A DNA stretch of 39,593 bases from a virus (taxonomy: Duplodnaviria; Caudoviricetes): the IMG/VR virus record IMGVR_UViG_3300037782_000060, positions 1 to 39,593 of that record. One strand, written 5' to 3'. The position numbers and the translations under genes were made by a program. The notes below the pieces were generated by a model. The model did not search any database, was not told where the DNA came from, and saw only the letters and a program-made list of their open reading frames with translations. Below are positions 17,734 through 26,147 of this stretch, piece by piece. The first letter of the stretch is position 1; every line of letters starts with the position of its first letter.

Positions 17734-19823
17734 ATCCAGTCTTCACCATCGTCGATTAAATTTTGCTGAACAGGTTTTGGTTTGCTTTTTTCCGGTACCG
17801 GCTTTTCGCCTTGCTGGAAGACTTGCGTGTTGTCGTCCCACTCTTTTGCCCAGATTGGCGGGTTATCCCAGTCAATGTGGGTGAGTTTTTCTTCCTGCAG
17901 CTTGGCTTTCAGGCAGGCATCGCTGTAGCAGATAAGGTCAAATGATTCGTTAGGACGGCGTGCAGGGTTTTCCCAGCCTGACTCCGTTCTAACCTCTGCT
18001 GTCAGCTCATCGTAGAAGCTGTCTGACAGCCAGTTTGGAAAGTGAATAAAACCGTTGCCGGGCCTGTCCCTGGACAAGTCATTGCTGACGGCGTCTTTAA
18101 GCAGCGTGGTATTGAGGATCCACACTGGAATCTCACCTTTTGCATTGGCCCGTCGACGGCTTTTTTCAGTGTTTTCCGGAAAGCTTTTCTTGATGCTGGG
18201 CTTGTGGGCCTCTGGTTTTGGCCGCTCACCTTTCAGCAACATGAATTCTTTGATACGCCTGTTCTTTCTCAGCTTTCGCCAGTAGTCATAGGCGTGCTCT
18301 GTCACACCTTCCTTACCCGCAGAGTCACAGCCGGTTTTTACCGGACTCATCACCCGGCCTGAGCCATCAGATAGCGGATAGGTGGTGTTAAGCACTTTTT
18401 CAGTGATTAGATCCCAGTCTTCCAAAAAGCCGTGAGGGCTACATGGGACCGGCTCGCCCCGCTCTTTCCGTTTTGAAATACGGATTTCATAGCGGTCAAT
18501 AATCCAGCGCTCTTTATTCAGGCCGTAACCGGTGACTTGTACAACAAAGCCGCGAGCCTGAACGTCGATAGCGGGGATAATGAATCTGCAGCCCTCTGGG
18601 ATTTGCCGCTCTGGCAAGTCCTCTGAGCGTCGTTTGTAGTCCTCGGCGCTGATGTCGGAGATGCTGTTGCGCGATATGTACGGTGCCCCGAAATCAACAT
18701 TGATACAGGCCTTGAGGTTTTCCTCTTCGCCGGTGATGTCGTATTCGCGCATCCCCTCCAGAAACTTCTGCGCCAGCATCTCTGGGTTTGAGTAGGCGGC
18801 GAAGATCCCCGGAAACCAGAATGAGGCGACACGGGTTTTTCTGTGCTGACCTACAACCTGGTCATTCTCGATAGTGCAGCCTTGCGGTACCCACTTGGCT
18901 GTTTCATTCATTGCCCGTTTATGTGAAATGTCGATCAGGCAACCGTTCTTTGTGCAGATATAGGATACCGGGCGGGTCATCTCGGTGATGGTCGCTCCGA
19001 ACATATCCTTGGTGAAGCTGAAATCCAGCCCCTTTTCATCAGAAGGCGGCATGAACCATTCGCCGCATTCCGGGCACTTAACGTAATAACGGTGCATGGT
19101 GCCCATATTGAAGATGGACAAAGCGCCAGAGCATGGCGGTGCAGCATGTTCACGGCCAGCCGGCGGACGCCATGCGGGATCCGAAACAACGAAACCCGGC
19201 GAGGTATCAACCACTGTCATACCACGGCTCAGAAATTTTGTTGTCCGCTTTTGTGACAGTGAGAAGGGTGACCCCTCACCATCAATGTTCTGTGTCATCC
19301 GATCATAGTCGGTGATCAGCATGAACTTGAGCGGCTTACCTGACAGCTCGTTAATTGATGGCCAGCGCTGAAAAAGGATGGCGCCGGACTTGAACACCTT
19401 GTCGAAGGTGTTATCACTTTTGCTGCCAGGCGCTATTTCTGCTTTCAGTTCCGGGCTGTCTCTGAATGCACGCTTGATAACCTGTGTGTCAAAGTCGCGG
19501 GCTGTGCCTTTTGTCGTCTGCAAGATCATGAAGTCAGACGGTTCACACTTCACGATGTAAGACATAAAGCCAGTGATGAGGCTTTGTGTTTTACCGCTCT
19601 GTGCTGGTCCGACAAAAACAACCGCATCATATTCACGGCTGTTGAGCAGGTTCATCGGCTCAATCATGTATGGGGTCAGTGCCGGGTTCCAGTTGTCGAT
19701 ACCGCCGCTGGCTGTTCTGACTTTCACGTACCGTTCAGACGCTTCACTGACTTTCATCCGCTCACGGGGTCTGACCATTCTGGCCACTTCCCGGCGAACC
19801 TCTTGAGCAAGTGCTAATCCCAC
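17730..19823 (-). CDS. Terminase large subunit, lambda GpA family
   Basis: TPYM, GPAQSGKT Walker A, Cys zinc motif, IDVQ nuclease aspartate, NESFDL..Y. Confidence 0.95.
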   Translation of the reverse strand: MGLALAQEVRREVARMVRPRERMKVSEASERYVKVRTASGGIDNWNPALTPYMIEPMNLLNSREYDAVVFVGPAQSGKTQSLITGFMSYIVKCEPSDFMILQTTKGTARDFDTQVIKRAFRDSPELKAEIAPGSKSDNTFDKVFKSGAILFQRWPSINELSGKPLKFMLITDYDRMTQNIDGEGSPFSLSQKRTTKFLSRGMTVVDTSPGFVVSDPAWRPPAGREHAAPPCSGALSIFNMGTMHRYYVKCPECGEWFMPPSDEKGLDFSFTKDMFGATITEMTRPVSYICTKNGCLIDISHKRAMNETAKWVPQGCTIENDQVVGQHRKTRVASFWFPGIFAAYSNPEMLAQKFLEGMREYDITGEEENLKACINVDFGAPYISRNSISDISAEDYKRRSEDLPERQIPEGCRFIIPAIDVQARGFVVQVTGYGLNKERWIIDRYEIRISKRKERGEPVPCSPHGFLEDWDLITEKVLNTTYPLSDGSGRVMSPVKTGCDSAGKEGVTEHAYDYWRKLRKNRRIKEFMLLKGERPKPEAHKPSIKKSFPENTEKSRRRANAKGEIPVWILNTTLLKDAVSNDLSRDRPGNGFIHFPNWLSDSFYDELTAEVRTESGWENPARRPNESFDLICYSDACLKAKLQEEKLTHIDWDNPPIWAKEWDDNTQVFQQGEKPVPEKSKPKPVQQNLIDDGEDWI

Positions 19824-20314
19824 TATTCCACTTCCTCTAGTTTGTCAGCCCACTTGTGTCTGACCGCATCGATACGTTCTTCAATTGCCCCAACAATGGT
19901 CGGAGACAAATCAAAATCTCTTTCAAGCTCGTCAGCCAGGCCATCCAGAACAGGCAGAGCTACCGAAATAACTTCAACGATTTGCTGCCGGCAGTCCTCG
20001 ACACTGACCAGCATCCCCATCTCTTTCTCAAGCTTGATCCTGTCGTTTTCAGAAGCAAACCAGTGTCGACGATCGGATGGCGCCAGCATGTCTGGGTTAT
20101 CAACCATGCCTGTTGATGTCGACTGCGGCAGTAAAATCGCAGTCGCGGCATCTTTCACAGAGTAAACGGCATGACCACGACGGCTGCCAGACGGCTTAAC
20201 ATTTGAATCCGCCAACCGCTTCGCCACAGTCTCACGGGCAATACCGAAGGCGCGCGAAAGCTGGTTGAGTGACCAGTTGCTGTAATCACTCTGAGTTAGC
20301 ACTTCCGCAGTCAT
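19823..20314 (-). CDS. Terminase small subunit (DUF1441-like)
   Basis: N-terminal HTH (SLNQLSRAFGIARETVAKRL), PSDRRHWFASE, ELERD; precedes terL. Confidence 0.88.
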   Translation of the reverse strand: MTAEVLTQSDYSNWSLNQLSRAFGIARETVAKRLADSNVKPSGSRRGHAVYSVKDAATAILLPQSTSTGMVDNPDMLAPSDRRHWFASENDRIKLEKEMGMLVSVEDCRQQIVEVISVALPVLDGLADELERDFDLSPTIVGAIEERIDAVRHKWADKLEEVE

Positions 20315-20432
20315 AAGATCATTTTCTCAATCGATTATTTGAGACCACCTTGTAAAACCAGTAATACCAACGCCTAACAGCTATCAACTAACCATGTAGT
20401 TGAGACCCAAGAGGCCACAAAAACTCAAAAAT

Positions 20433-20479
20433 ATCGGGGTGCGAATAACCCCCGATGTAGGAACCCTGGAAAAGGACCC
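20433..20479 (-). other. Putative cos site (cosQ plus cosN)
   Basis: GGGTCCT, identical to lambda cosQ, at 20479-20473; 22 nt later the dyad ATCGGG-GGTTATTCGCAC-CCCGAT; upstream of terS. Confidence 0.7.
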
Positions 20480-20480
20480 G

Positions 20481-21074
20481 TTACTTTTTCATCGTTGACA
20501 GTGCTTTCTTGAGCGCCTGCCTCATGGCGGGAGTTATTCTCTTGTTTGCTTCAATCACAACAATGTCTTTGAAGTCATACCGGCGCTTGTACACTGCGGT
20601 TGACTCGAAGGCTATCAGCATCTTCAACTTTCCTGACTTCATTCGTTGATAGATGCCGGCCTTCTCGCTATTACTGACAACGAACACATCGCTGCGAGTG
20701 AGCAAAGACTGAATCTTTTTTCTTGGGATGTTGCCAAACTTGTTCAGTCTGGCTTTGACGGGAACTGTGATAGCCCTGTTCGCAGGCCTTCTTGTTCCGC
20801 CAAAAATTGCATATTTCAGGTAGTCTGCCTGGATATCCTTGATGAATACCGCTGACTGTAATTTTCTTTTAGAGCTTCTGGATACCCCAATACCACGGAT
20901 AGTGAATGGCGTTGGTCTATCCAGATCAATCCGCAATCTTCTCTGGGCCCGACGCTGAGCATCCTGAGCGACTTGGTTTAGCGCCAGGGAGGTAGCAAAC
21001 GGAATCTGTTTCCTTTCGAGATCAGAAAGGTTTTTCGTAAGCTTACTGATGTCTTTGCTGAGTTCAGAAGCCAT
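20481..21074 (-). CDS. Basic phage morphogenesis protein (gpZ-like tail completion candidate)
   Basis: KQIPFATSLALN, DRPTPFT, GGTR motifs; very basic; immediately upstream of cos. Confidence 0.6.
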   Translation of the reverse strand: MASELSKDISKLTKNLSDLERKQIPFATSLALNQVAQDAQRRAQRRLRIDLDRPTPFTIRGIGVSRSSKRKLQSAVFIKDIQADYLKYAIFGGTRRPANRAITVPVKARLNKFGNIPRKKIQSLLTRSDVFVVSNSEKAGIYQRMKSGKLKMLIAFESTAVYKRRYDFKDIVVIEANKRITPAMRQALKKALSTMKK

Positions 21075-21093
21075 TACATTTAAACCAGGTTAA

Positions 21094-21462
21094 TCAGGAT
21101 AATAAGTTGGGTCTGCCTTTTATGATCTCTTCAACCCTGTACATGATTTGCTTGATACTGAATGGCTTCCATATCAAATCATTTGCACCAGCCTTCATTG
21201 CCTCATGAATATCTTCATACTCATCTTTGACGGTGACCATGATGATCGGCGCTTTGAAATCGTTTGCTCTGGCAGCCTTAATGAAATCAATTCCGGTCAT
21301 TCCCGGAAGCTCCCAATCCATGAGAACTAGATCTGCTTTCTCAAGCAGCGGAAGCGCTGCGAGTGGGTTATCAATACAATCCCTGGTGAACCCCATCAAC
21401 TGAACAGCCTGGCACAGCATTGTGCGTGATGTTGTCTCATCATCAACGATAAGGACATGCAT
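21094..21462 (-). CDS. Single-domain response regulator receiver (CheY-like)
   Basis: VLIVDD, DLVLMDWELPGMTG (phospho-Asp), PIIMVT, AGANDLIWKPF; ATG lies 1 nt after the upstream stop. Confidence 0.92.
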   Translation of the reverse strand: MHVLIVDDETTSRTMLCQAVQLMGFTRDCIDNPLAALPLLEKADLVLMDWELPGMTGIDFIKAARANDFKAPIIMVTVKDEYEDIHEAMKAGANDLIWKPFSIKQIMYRVEEIIKGRPNLLS

Positions 21463-21463
21463 A

Positions 21464-21712
21464 TCAGACCCTGTCTTGTTTTTTATCAATGCGGTCATTC
21501 GCGTGCCGGATTTCTCCGCGCAGATTCTTCGTTAATGACTGATTGGCCCTGTGCAATATATCGATATCCTTATCATGCCGCTCATTAGTGACATGCTTTA
21601 ACCTGATATCTTGTATCTGCAAAACCAGCCACCAAACAACCGCACCGATGAAGGGACCGACAGTAAAAGCCACAACCCAAAACCACGTTGGTATTCGGTC
21701 AATGACTTCCAT
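21464..21712 (-). CDS. Holin-like membrane protein, first late gene
   Basis: One N-terminal hydrophobic segment (WFWVVAFTVGPFIGAVVWWLVL) and a charged coiled-coil tail; lambda S position. Confidence 0.5.
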   Translation of the reverse strand: MEVIDRIPTWFWVVAFTVGPFIGAVVWWLVLQIQDIRLKHVTNERHDKDIDILHRANQSLTKNLRGEIRHANDRIDKKQDRV

Positions 21713-21762
21713 GGCCCTACCATCAATCAATCATCAGCACACCCGGCTGAACGGAACGCAAT

Positions 21763-21800
21763 AAAAAAGCCCCGACGACTCAGAGAATCATCGGGGCTTT
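21763..21800 (-). terminator. tR'-like terminator
   Basis: AAAGCCCCGA..TCGGGGCTTTTTT, about 40 nt downstream of the late promoter. Confidence 0.78.
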
Positions 21801-21838
21801 GCTTTGTTCTTTAGTCACCAATCGGCACTATGGGGCTA

Positions 21839-21867
21839 ACCTTACGATCGATTTGCGCAAATTGCAA
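21839..21867 (-). promoter_or_regulatory. Late promoter pR'-like, with a palindrome in the spacer (possible Q-binding element)
   Basis: TTGCAA-17-TAAGGT on the minus strand; spacer contains ATTTGCGCAAAT; directly after the Q-like gene. Confidence 0.68.
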
Positions 21868-21890
21868 AACATTTTTTCTATTTTCCCAAT

Positions 21891-22301
21891 CTATGCGCCC
21901 TCAGTAACTATCTGAGGATAAGCCAAGGCCATCGCCACACGCCCAATTGCGCTATCGATGCAGCTATCAAACCGATGCCTGTTCATACTAATCCCCTGCT
22001 CCCTGCAGCGACGCAACACAAAGCTCCGGTTGCAGGCCACCGGCTCATTCTTACGCTCACTATCCGGATAAGGCTCGTAATACATCTTCACAATCTGTCG
22101 CTCTTCATCATCCAGGCAATTAGTCACAACGAACCCGACCGTTTCAGTAATATCATCATGCCAATCGACGGGGATCCCTTTTGCCTTTGGCACAAAGTTC
22201 GCCTCTCTCGGATAAGCCTTTGGCCCACCATAACGCTGACGCCTTCCCCACAATGCCAGCGCCTGGTTAGCAAACTCCTTATCAGCCGGGTGACCATACA
22301 T
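21891..22301 (-). CDS. Late antiterminator Q-like protein
   Basis: L..WG N-terminus, helical C-terminal HTH-like region; sits before promoter plus terminator. Confidence 0.68.
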   Translation of the reverse strand: MYGHPADKEFANQALALWGRRQRYGGPKAYPREANFVPKAKGIPVDWHDDITETVGFVVTNCLDDEERQIVKMYYEPYPDSERKNEPVACNRSFVLRRCREQGISMNRHRFDSCIDSAIGRVAMALAYPQIVTEGA

Positions 22302-22714
22302 CAGTGCTTAACCTCCGTCTCTTTACCTGATAACTGCTGCCTTATCAGCGCCAGCTGCTGCTTGCCATGAGACTTATCTCGCCTCACTGGCTTACGGTTC
22401 TCCACCGCCTGCTCCACCACATCGACAAAGCTGGCCAAAGACGGTGGCAATGAATTACCCAAACAAACCTGCACCGCCTCCCGTATATCCCGTTCGCTAA
22501 ACCGAGATAGCGAGTTCTGCCACTCATGCGCGATAGCCTCACACCCTGCCTGGCTCACCATTCGGCGGCGCCACTCATCCTTCCACCTTTCCAGGAAGCG
22601 ATAGAACACATAATCAACCGGCCCGTAACCTCTCGGCGCCTTGATAGTTTTATCCACCTTTCCGCGCCCCTCACCGGCCATATTCAACAACTGCTCATGC
22701 CCTGAATTAGCCAT
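22301..22714 (-). CDS. Replication protein P-like (helicase loader-like), copy 2
   Basis: GGAGGTG RBS; EWQNSL...LPPSLASF pattern parallels the upstream gene. Confidence 0.5.
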   Translation of the reverse strand: MANSGHEQLLNMAGEGRGKVDKTIKAPRGYGPVDYVFYRFLERWKDEWRRRMVSQAGCEAIAHEWQNSLSRFSERDIREAVQVCLGNSLPPSLASFVDVVEQAVENRKPVRRDKSHGKQQLALIRQQLSGKETEVKH

Positions 22715-23264
22715 CCTGATCACCTCCGAACAAAATGCGGTTTGCATCATCAAGCTGTCGCTGATGCTCCCTGACACTCACCTGACCAGACAGCATCGCC
22801 TTTGCTTTACCCAGTGCTGAATGTGCCTTTTGCTTATCCGCTTTCTTCTCAATGCCTTTCCTTGCCCGCTCAGGAATGAACGGAATATAAGCCGCCGTGT
22901 TATGGCTCAACCCCTTGCTGACATCCCCGCCAGTGCATAGCACCCGGAACTCATCCACCGTGGGTGGCCAGGACTTCGGCAAATTACCCAGCCCGACCAT
23001 AATCTGCTCATCAGTCATACCTGCTAACTGCTCCTGCCAATCAGCAATCATCATCTGGTAAACCTCATCATCATCGGTGAGTGACAACCACTTGTGGCCG
23101 TAGCGGACTCTCAGCCTCGCGAAAATCCTCAGCACCCTGCTCCTCTGCAACGGCTGCCTCATAGAGGCGCTTGTCCCGCTGGTGAGCGCGGCTGGCTTTG
23201 CTTCTCCCTTGCTGCTGAGAATCGCCCCCACTGGCCGCATCGTTGTTGCCTCGCTCTTTGTCAT
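22707..23264 (-). CDS. Replication protein P-like (helicase loader-like), copy 1
   Basis: IFARL...YG.KW, DWQEQL, I..GL, WPPTVDEFRVLC; follows the initiator; start uncertain. Confidence 0.62.
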   Translation of the reverse strand: MTKSEATTMRPVGAILSSKGEAKPAALTSGTSASMRQPLQRSRVLRIFARLRVRYGHKWLSLTDDDEVYQMMIADWQEQLAGMTDEQIMVGLGNLPKSWPPTVDEFRVLCTGGDVSKGLSHNTAAYIPFIPERARKGIEKKADKQKAHSALGKAKAMLSGQVSVREHQRQLDDANRILFGGDQDG

Positions 23265-24063
23265 AGCGCCACTCCCATCGTTTGCAATATTTCACTAACT
23301 CAGCTGCCCAGCTCATCGACACATAACCACTCGACTCATTGGCTGCCCTGAACTCCTCCAGAAAGAACTCAGCCACCTCCAAGCGGACGCCCGCCATCAC
23401 CAACCGGGTGCGCACCGTCTCATCAATGCGGAAATCCTCTGGAATCAACAACGCCTCGCGCGCCGGCGGGCGCGGGGTAGTATCTGTATTAAGATCGGGA
23501 TCCGGTGGTATGTCGCACTTCTCCGTTTTGGTCTGTCGCACCTCTCCGGATTGGTGTGTCGTAGGTGGTGCTGTTCTTCCCTGCTGCTCCGGCTGTGAAC
23601 CCGCATAAACGCTTGATTCGTCCGGATTGCTGCCCTGCCGCACTTCCTGTCGCGCTTCCTGCTGCGCCTCTGTCGTGCTTCCTGTCGTACCTCTGTCGTA
23701 CTTATTTCGGACAGACCTATCCACATCAGCCAAAAGACACCGAAAAACGAGGCAAGCAGAACGGTCACCATGACCAGTCACCCGAGCAATCAGCCCGACA
23801 TTTATCAGCGTGCTAACAGCATGCCTAAGCGCCGACATGGAAGGTTGTTGGGAGCCATTGCGGCCCTGTTTCTCATGTACCTCGACCTGCTCACGAATCA
23901 CCTGGTAACTGATTCTCTTAGTTCTACTGGTGCGAATACCGACGACACCAGTGCCATAATCCATGTTCGGCCTTATGACGCGCATATAAACAAGCTGGGG
24001 CAGCCAGGGCAGACCCCAAAGCGCCTCCAGTTCATCCTCATTGAATGAAACTCGGCTAACCAT
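23071..24063 (-). CDS. Replication initiator (O-like) with C-terminal DnaT-like domain
   Basis: N-terminal wHTH-like region, internal iterons, IPEDF..LEEF..W C-terminal domain. Confidence 0.75.
   Translation of the reverse strand: MVSRVSFNEDELEALWGLPWLPQLVYMRVIRPNMDYGTGVVGIRTSRTKRISYQVIREQVEVHEKQGRNGSQQPSMSALRHAVSTLINVGLIARVTGHGDRSACLVFRCLLADVDRSVRNKYDRGTTGSTTEAQQEARQEVRQGSNPDESSVYAGSQPEQQGRTAPPTTHQSGEVRQTKTEKCDIPPDPDLNTDTTPRPPAREALLIPEDFRIDETVRTRLVMAGVRLEVAEFFLEEFRAANESSGYVSMSWAAELVKYCKRWEWRYDKERGNNDAASGGDSQQQGRSKASRAHQRDKRLYEAAVAEEQGAEDFREAESPLRPQVVVTHR
23631..23701. repeat. Replication origin iterons inside the initiator gene
   Basis: About six tandem 11-12-bp units (e.g. GCTTCCTGTCGT, ACCTCTGTCGT); further TGTCG copies at 23511-23560. 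Confidence 0.72.
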
Positions 24064-24214
24064 CTTTGCTGCCTATTTCAGCCCAGATGCCAGCTAAAGC
24101 AGCCAAGTTAAGCTGCTGGAAACCTGTTTCGTTTTCACCCGCTATCACACTCATGCATCCGGAAACAGCAAGCGCAATACTGGCAAGCTTTAGAATGCGG
24201 TTTTCAGCTTTCAT
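24056..24214 (-). CDS. Small hydrophobic hypothetical protein
   Basis: GGAG RBS; coupled to neighbours; 52 aa. Confidence 0.55.
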   Translation of the reverse strand: MKAENRILKLASIALAVSGCMSVIAGENETGFQQLNLAALAGIWAEIGSKDG

Positions 24215-24402
24215 ATCTCCACCCCACGCCGACGCGCCCGCTGCAGCTTCCTCGAACACTTAGGATGTGGCTGACTAGAATGCTTCTTCTGTTTGCACCA
24301 CGGACACACCGTTCGCACAGGTAAGCCAGGTGACTCCTGGTAGCCAACATCAAACCTTGTGTTGGTGTCAGTATTCGTCGTTCGACCCATATTCCGAGAC
24401 AT
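24211..24402 (-). CDS. Small basic Cys/His (zinc-finger-like) protein
   Basis: CPWC...H..C; TAATG and ATGA coupling. Confidence 0.55.
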   Translation of the reverse strand: MSRNMGRTTNTDTNTRFDVGYQESPGLPVRTVCPWCKQKKHSSQPHPKCSRKLQRARRRGVEI

Positions 24403-24902
24403 TAGTCAGCCTGCCTCTTAAGAGCTTCCGGCAAAAAGCTGTCTACAAGCTCGTTATCTGAATAAGGCTCGAATGTGCTTTTCATCCGTTTCAAAACGAA
24501 GAGAGGCACGTTATGACTGTTTTCAAAGTTACCGGCGACATCGATAACCCTGATCAGTGCCCGATGCGTTGACGCCAACTTTCTGTAGGGCTCAAGGTCG
24601 GATAAGAGCGGGAAAACATCACTGACAACCACATCCTCTCCACGAGCCAAAGCAAAGTCAGCCAAGTGCTCAACCATTTTCTGAGCCTCTTGAAATATTT
24701 GAAGGTCAAAGCGATAAGAGCCGCGTGTATCACACAAGAGATGATCTGGCTCATAATGCAAATGACTCGGAAACTCCTTTTTAGCCTTGGTACTTTTGCC
24801 GCTACCTGGCAGACCTCTCAAAATAACCAGCTCTGGCTCAGCTTTTACCCGCTTGCCAATTGCGGGTCCGCTACGCTCTGGTTGAGTCGACGCCACGCTC
24901 AT
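24402..24902 (-). CDS. P-loop kinase (AAA_33 / polynucleotide kinase-like)
   Basis: LVILRGLPGSGKST Walker A; HNVP...RM..FEP C-terminal motif. Confidence 0.85.
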   Translation of the reverse strand: MSVASTQPERSGPAIGKRVKAEPELVILRGLPGSGKSTKAKKEFPSHLHYEPDHLLCDTRGSYRFDLQIFQEAQKMVEHLADFALARGEDVVVSDVFPLLSDLEPYRKLASTHRALIRVIDVAGNFENSHNVPLFVLKRMKSTFEPYSDNELVDSFLPEALKRQAD

Positions 24903-25063
24903 CGTTCACCTCCCAATACATTCAGCAGCCTCACTGGCAGCCCAAATATCCAAACAACCGAAGACACCACCACCATCAAGGCGCAGATGCCGGCAAGAAA
25001 AGTAAAAACAAAGCCTGACAGCAACCAAACAAAAGGCGCCCGCCCGTTAAACTCCTGACTCAA
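24899..25063 (-). CDS. 54-aa membrane protein (not in the ORF track)
   Basis: GGAGG RBS, TTG start, long hydrophobic core FVWLLSGFVFTFLAGICALMVVVSSVVWIFGL; ATGA overlap with the next gene. Confidence 0.55.
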   Translation of the reverse strand: MSQEFNGRAPFVWLLSGFVFTFLAGICALMVVVSSVVWIFGLPVRLLNVLGGER

Positions 25064-25075
25064 GCTGCCTCCCGC

Positions 25076-25525
25076 TTAAAAATCACCAAAACAATCAAGC
25101 CATAATTGGATCTGCTTTCTCCCCCATGGGCGACCACTACGGTTAATGCGAACCCTTAACCCATGACGGCCGCGAATCATTGGCCGTTTCTCAGGCACCT
25201 CTACTGGAGGCTTAGCGTCACTCTCTGCATAGGCCTTGTCAGGAATCAGGGCATTGCCGACACCAGACACCATCAAGCACAAAACCAGCGTTTTCTTAGC
25301 CTTGGCGATCCCCTCTGCATAGAGATAAGTCATCAGCGACGCCAGGTTATCCACGCCAGCCACATTGAAAGCCGCCTGCATATGCGTGTTCACCGTGTTA
25401 ATGCCGATATGCAGCGCCAGAGCCACCGCCTCACGGTTGCGACCCTCCATAATCAGAGACAAAACCTCATTAACACGACGCGAAAAAGGTGACTTCTCTG
25501 CATCAATCTCAACTTTGTATGCCAT
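25076..25525 (-). CDS. LuxR-type HTH protein
   Basis: FSRRVNEVLSLIMEG...VALALHIGINTVNTHM..AF...GV; AGGAGG RBS before 25525. Confidence 0.8.
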   Translation of the reverse strand: MAYKVEIDAEKSPFSRRVNEVLSLIMEGRNREAVALALHIGINTVNTHMQAAFNVAGVDNLASLMTYLYAEGIAKAKKTLVLCLMVSGVGNALIPDKAYAESDAKPPVEVPEKRPMIRGRHGLRVRINRSGRPWGRKQIQLWLDCFGDF

Positions 25526-25821
25526 TGAGCCCTCCTGAAAAATCACAGTTTTCTGGGATGTACGCAGATAACTGGCGAGAGAAAATCTCACCATAGGAAT
25601 AAAAAACAAGGGCCCAAAAATGCAGACCCAAGAACGCAACATGAAGCTGAAAAACTCCGTTGCACGAGAGAAATCGTTGGTTGCCAGGTACCGGCAACAA
25701 ATATTGAGGCAAGCGGGCTATCTGCTGAGTATTGACCTGCAACATCAGCGACCACCCCGCAGAACAGCGCTGCAAAGCGCACAAATGAAAGCGGATATCG
25801 TAATAAGGGGACAGAAATGAC

Positions 25822-26064
25822 TCATGCCACCACCGCCTCAGTGCCGCGGATATACGCCCAATCGACATCAGGGCGCAAATCCTCACACCTGACAAACCCG
25901 GCAGTTTCCCGTTCAAAATTAATGCACACCGACTCTCTAAGAGGCTGGCGGCTATACCTTATTTTCTTAATGTATCCCCAGGACGTGCCGCACCGAGCAC
26001 AAAAAGCTTCGCGCTCTTTATCGCTTAAATACTCAGTCTTAAGGTATCCAATTAATTTATCCAT
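25822..26064 (-). CDS. Cro-like repressor (YdaS-like)
   Basis: FCARCGTS.GY, ETAG.V..EDLRPDVDWAY; divergent from the cI-like gene. Confidence 0.88.
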   Translation of the reverse strand: MDKLIGYLKTEYLSDKEREAFCARCGTSWGYIKKIRYSRQPLRESVCINFERETAGFVRCEDLRPDVDWAYIRGTEAVVA

Positions 26065-26070
26065 GCAGAA

Positions 26071-26099
26071 ATACTACCCATAGGTATATCTCTAGTCAA
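26071..26099 (-). promoter_or_regulatory. pR promoter overlapped by an operator
   Basis: TTGACT-17-TAGTAT; operator TACCCATAGGTA at 26075-26086. Confidence 0.82.
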
Positions 26100-26126
26100 T
26101 ACCTAAAGGACATTTACCTAAAAGTA
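26075..26126. promoter_or_regulatory. OR operator array (consensus TACCYnnRGGTA)
   Basis: TACCCATAGGTA 26075-26086, TACCTAAAGGAC 26100-26111, TACCTAAAAGTA 26115-26126. Confidence 0.8.
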
Positions 26127-26141
26127 ATGATTTCTTACTAT
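26113..26141 (+). promoter_or_regulatory. pRM-like promoter
   Basis: TTTACC-17-TACTAT, ending 6 nt before ATG 26148. Confidence 0.65.
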
Positions 26142-26147
26142 CAAGCC

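Noticed and set aside
23631-23701. CRISPR-like or VNTR array
   Set aside because: Units are 11-12 bp with no spacers, lie inside the initiator gene, and no cas genes are present; iterons fit better.
25553-25567. LexA (SOS) box
   Set aside because: CTG-N9-CAG spacing rather than CTG-N10-CAG, and the core is not AT-rich.
25620-25820. 66-aa plus-strand ORF converging on cro, as a cII or antirepressor candidate
   Set aside because: No RBS or motif support and it opposes the pR operon; cannot be excluded but is not supportable.
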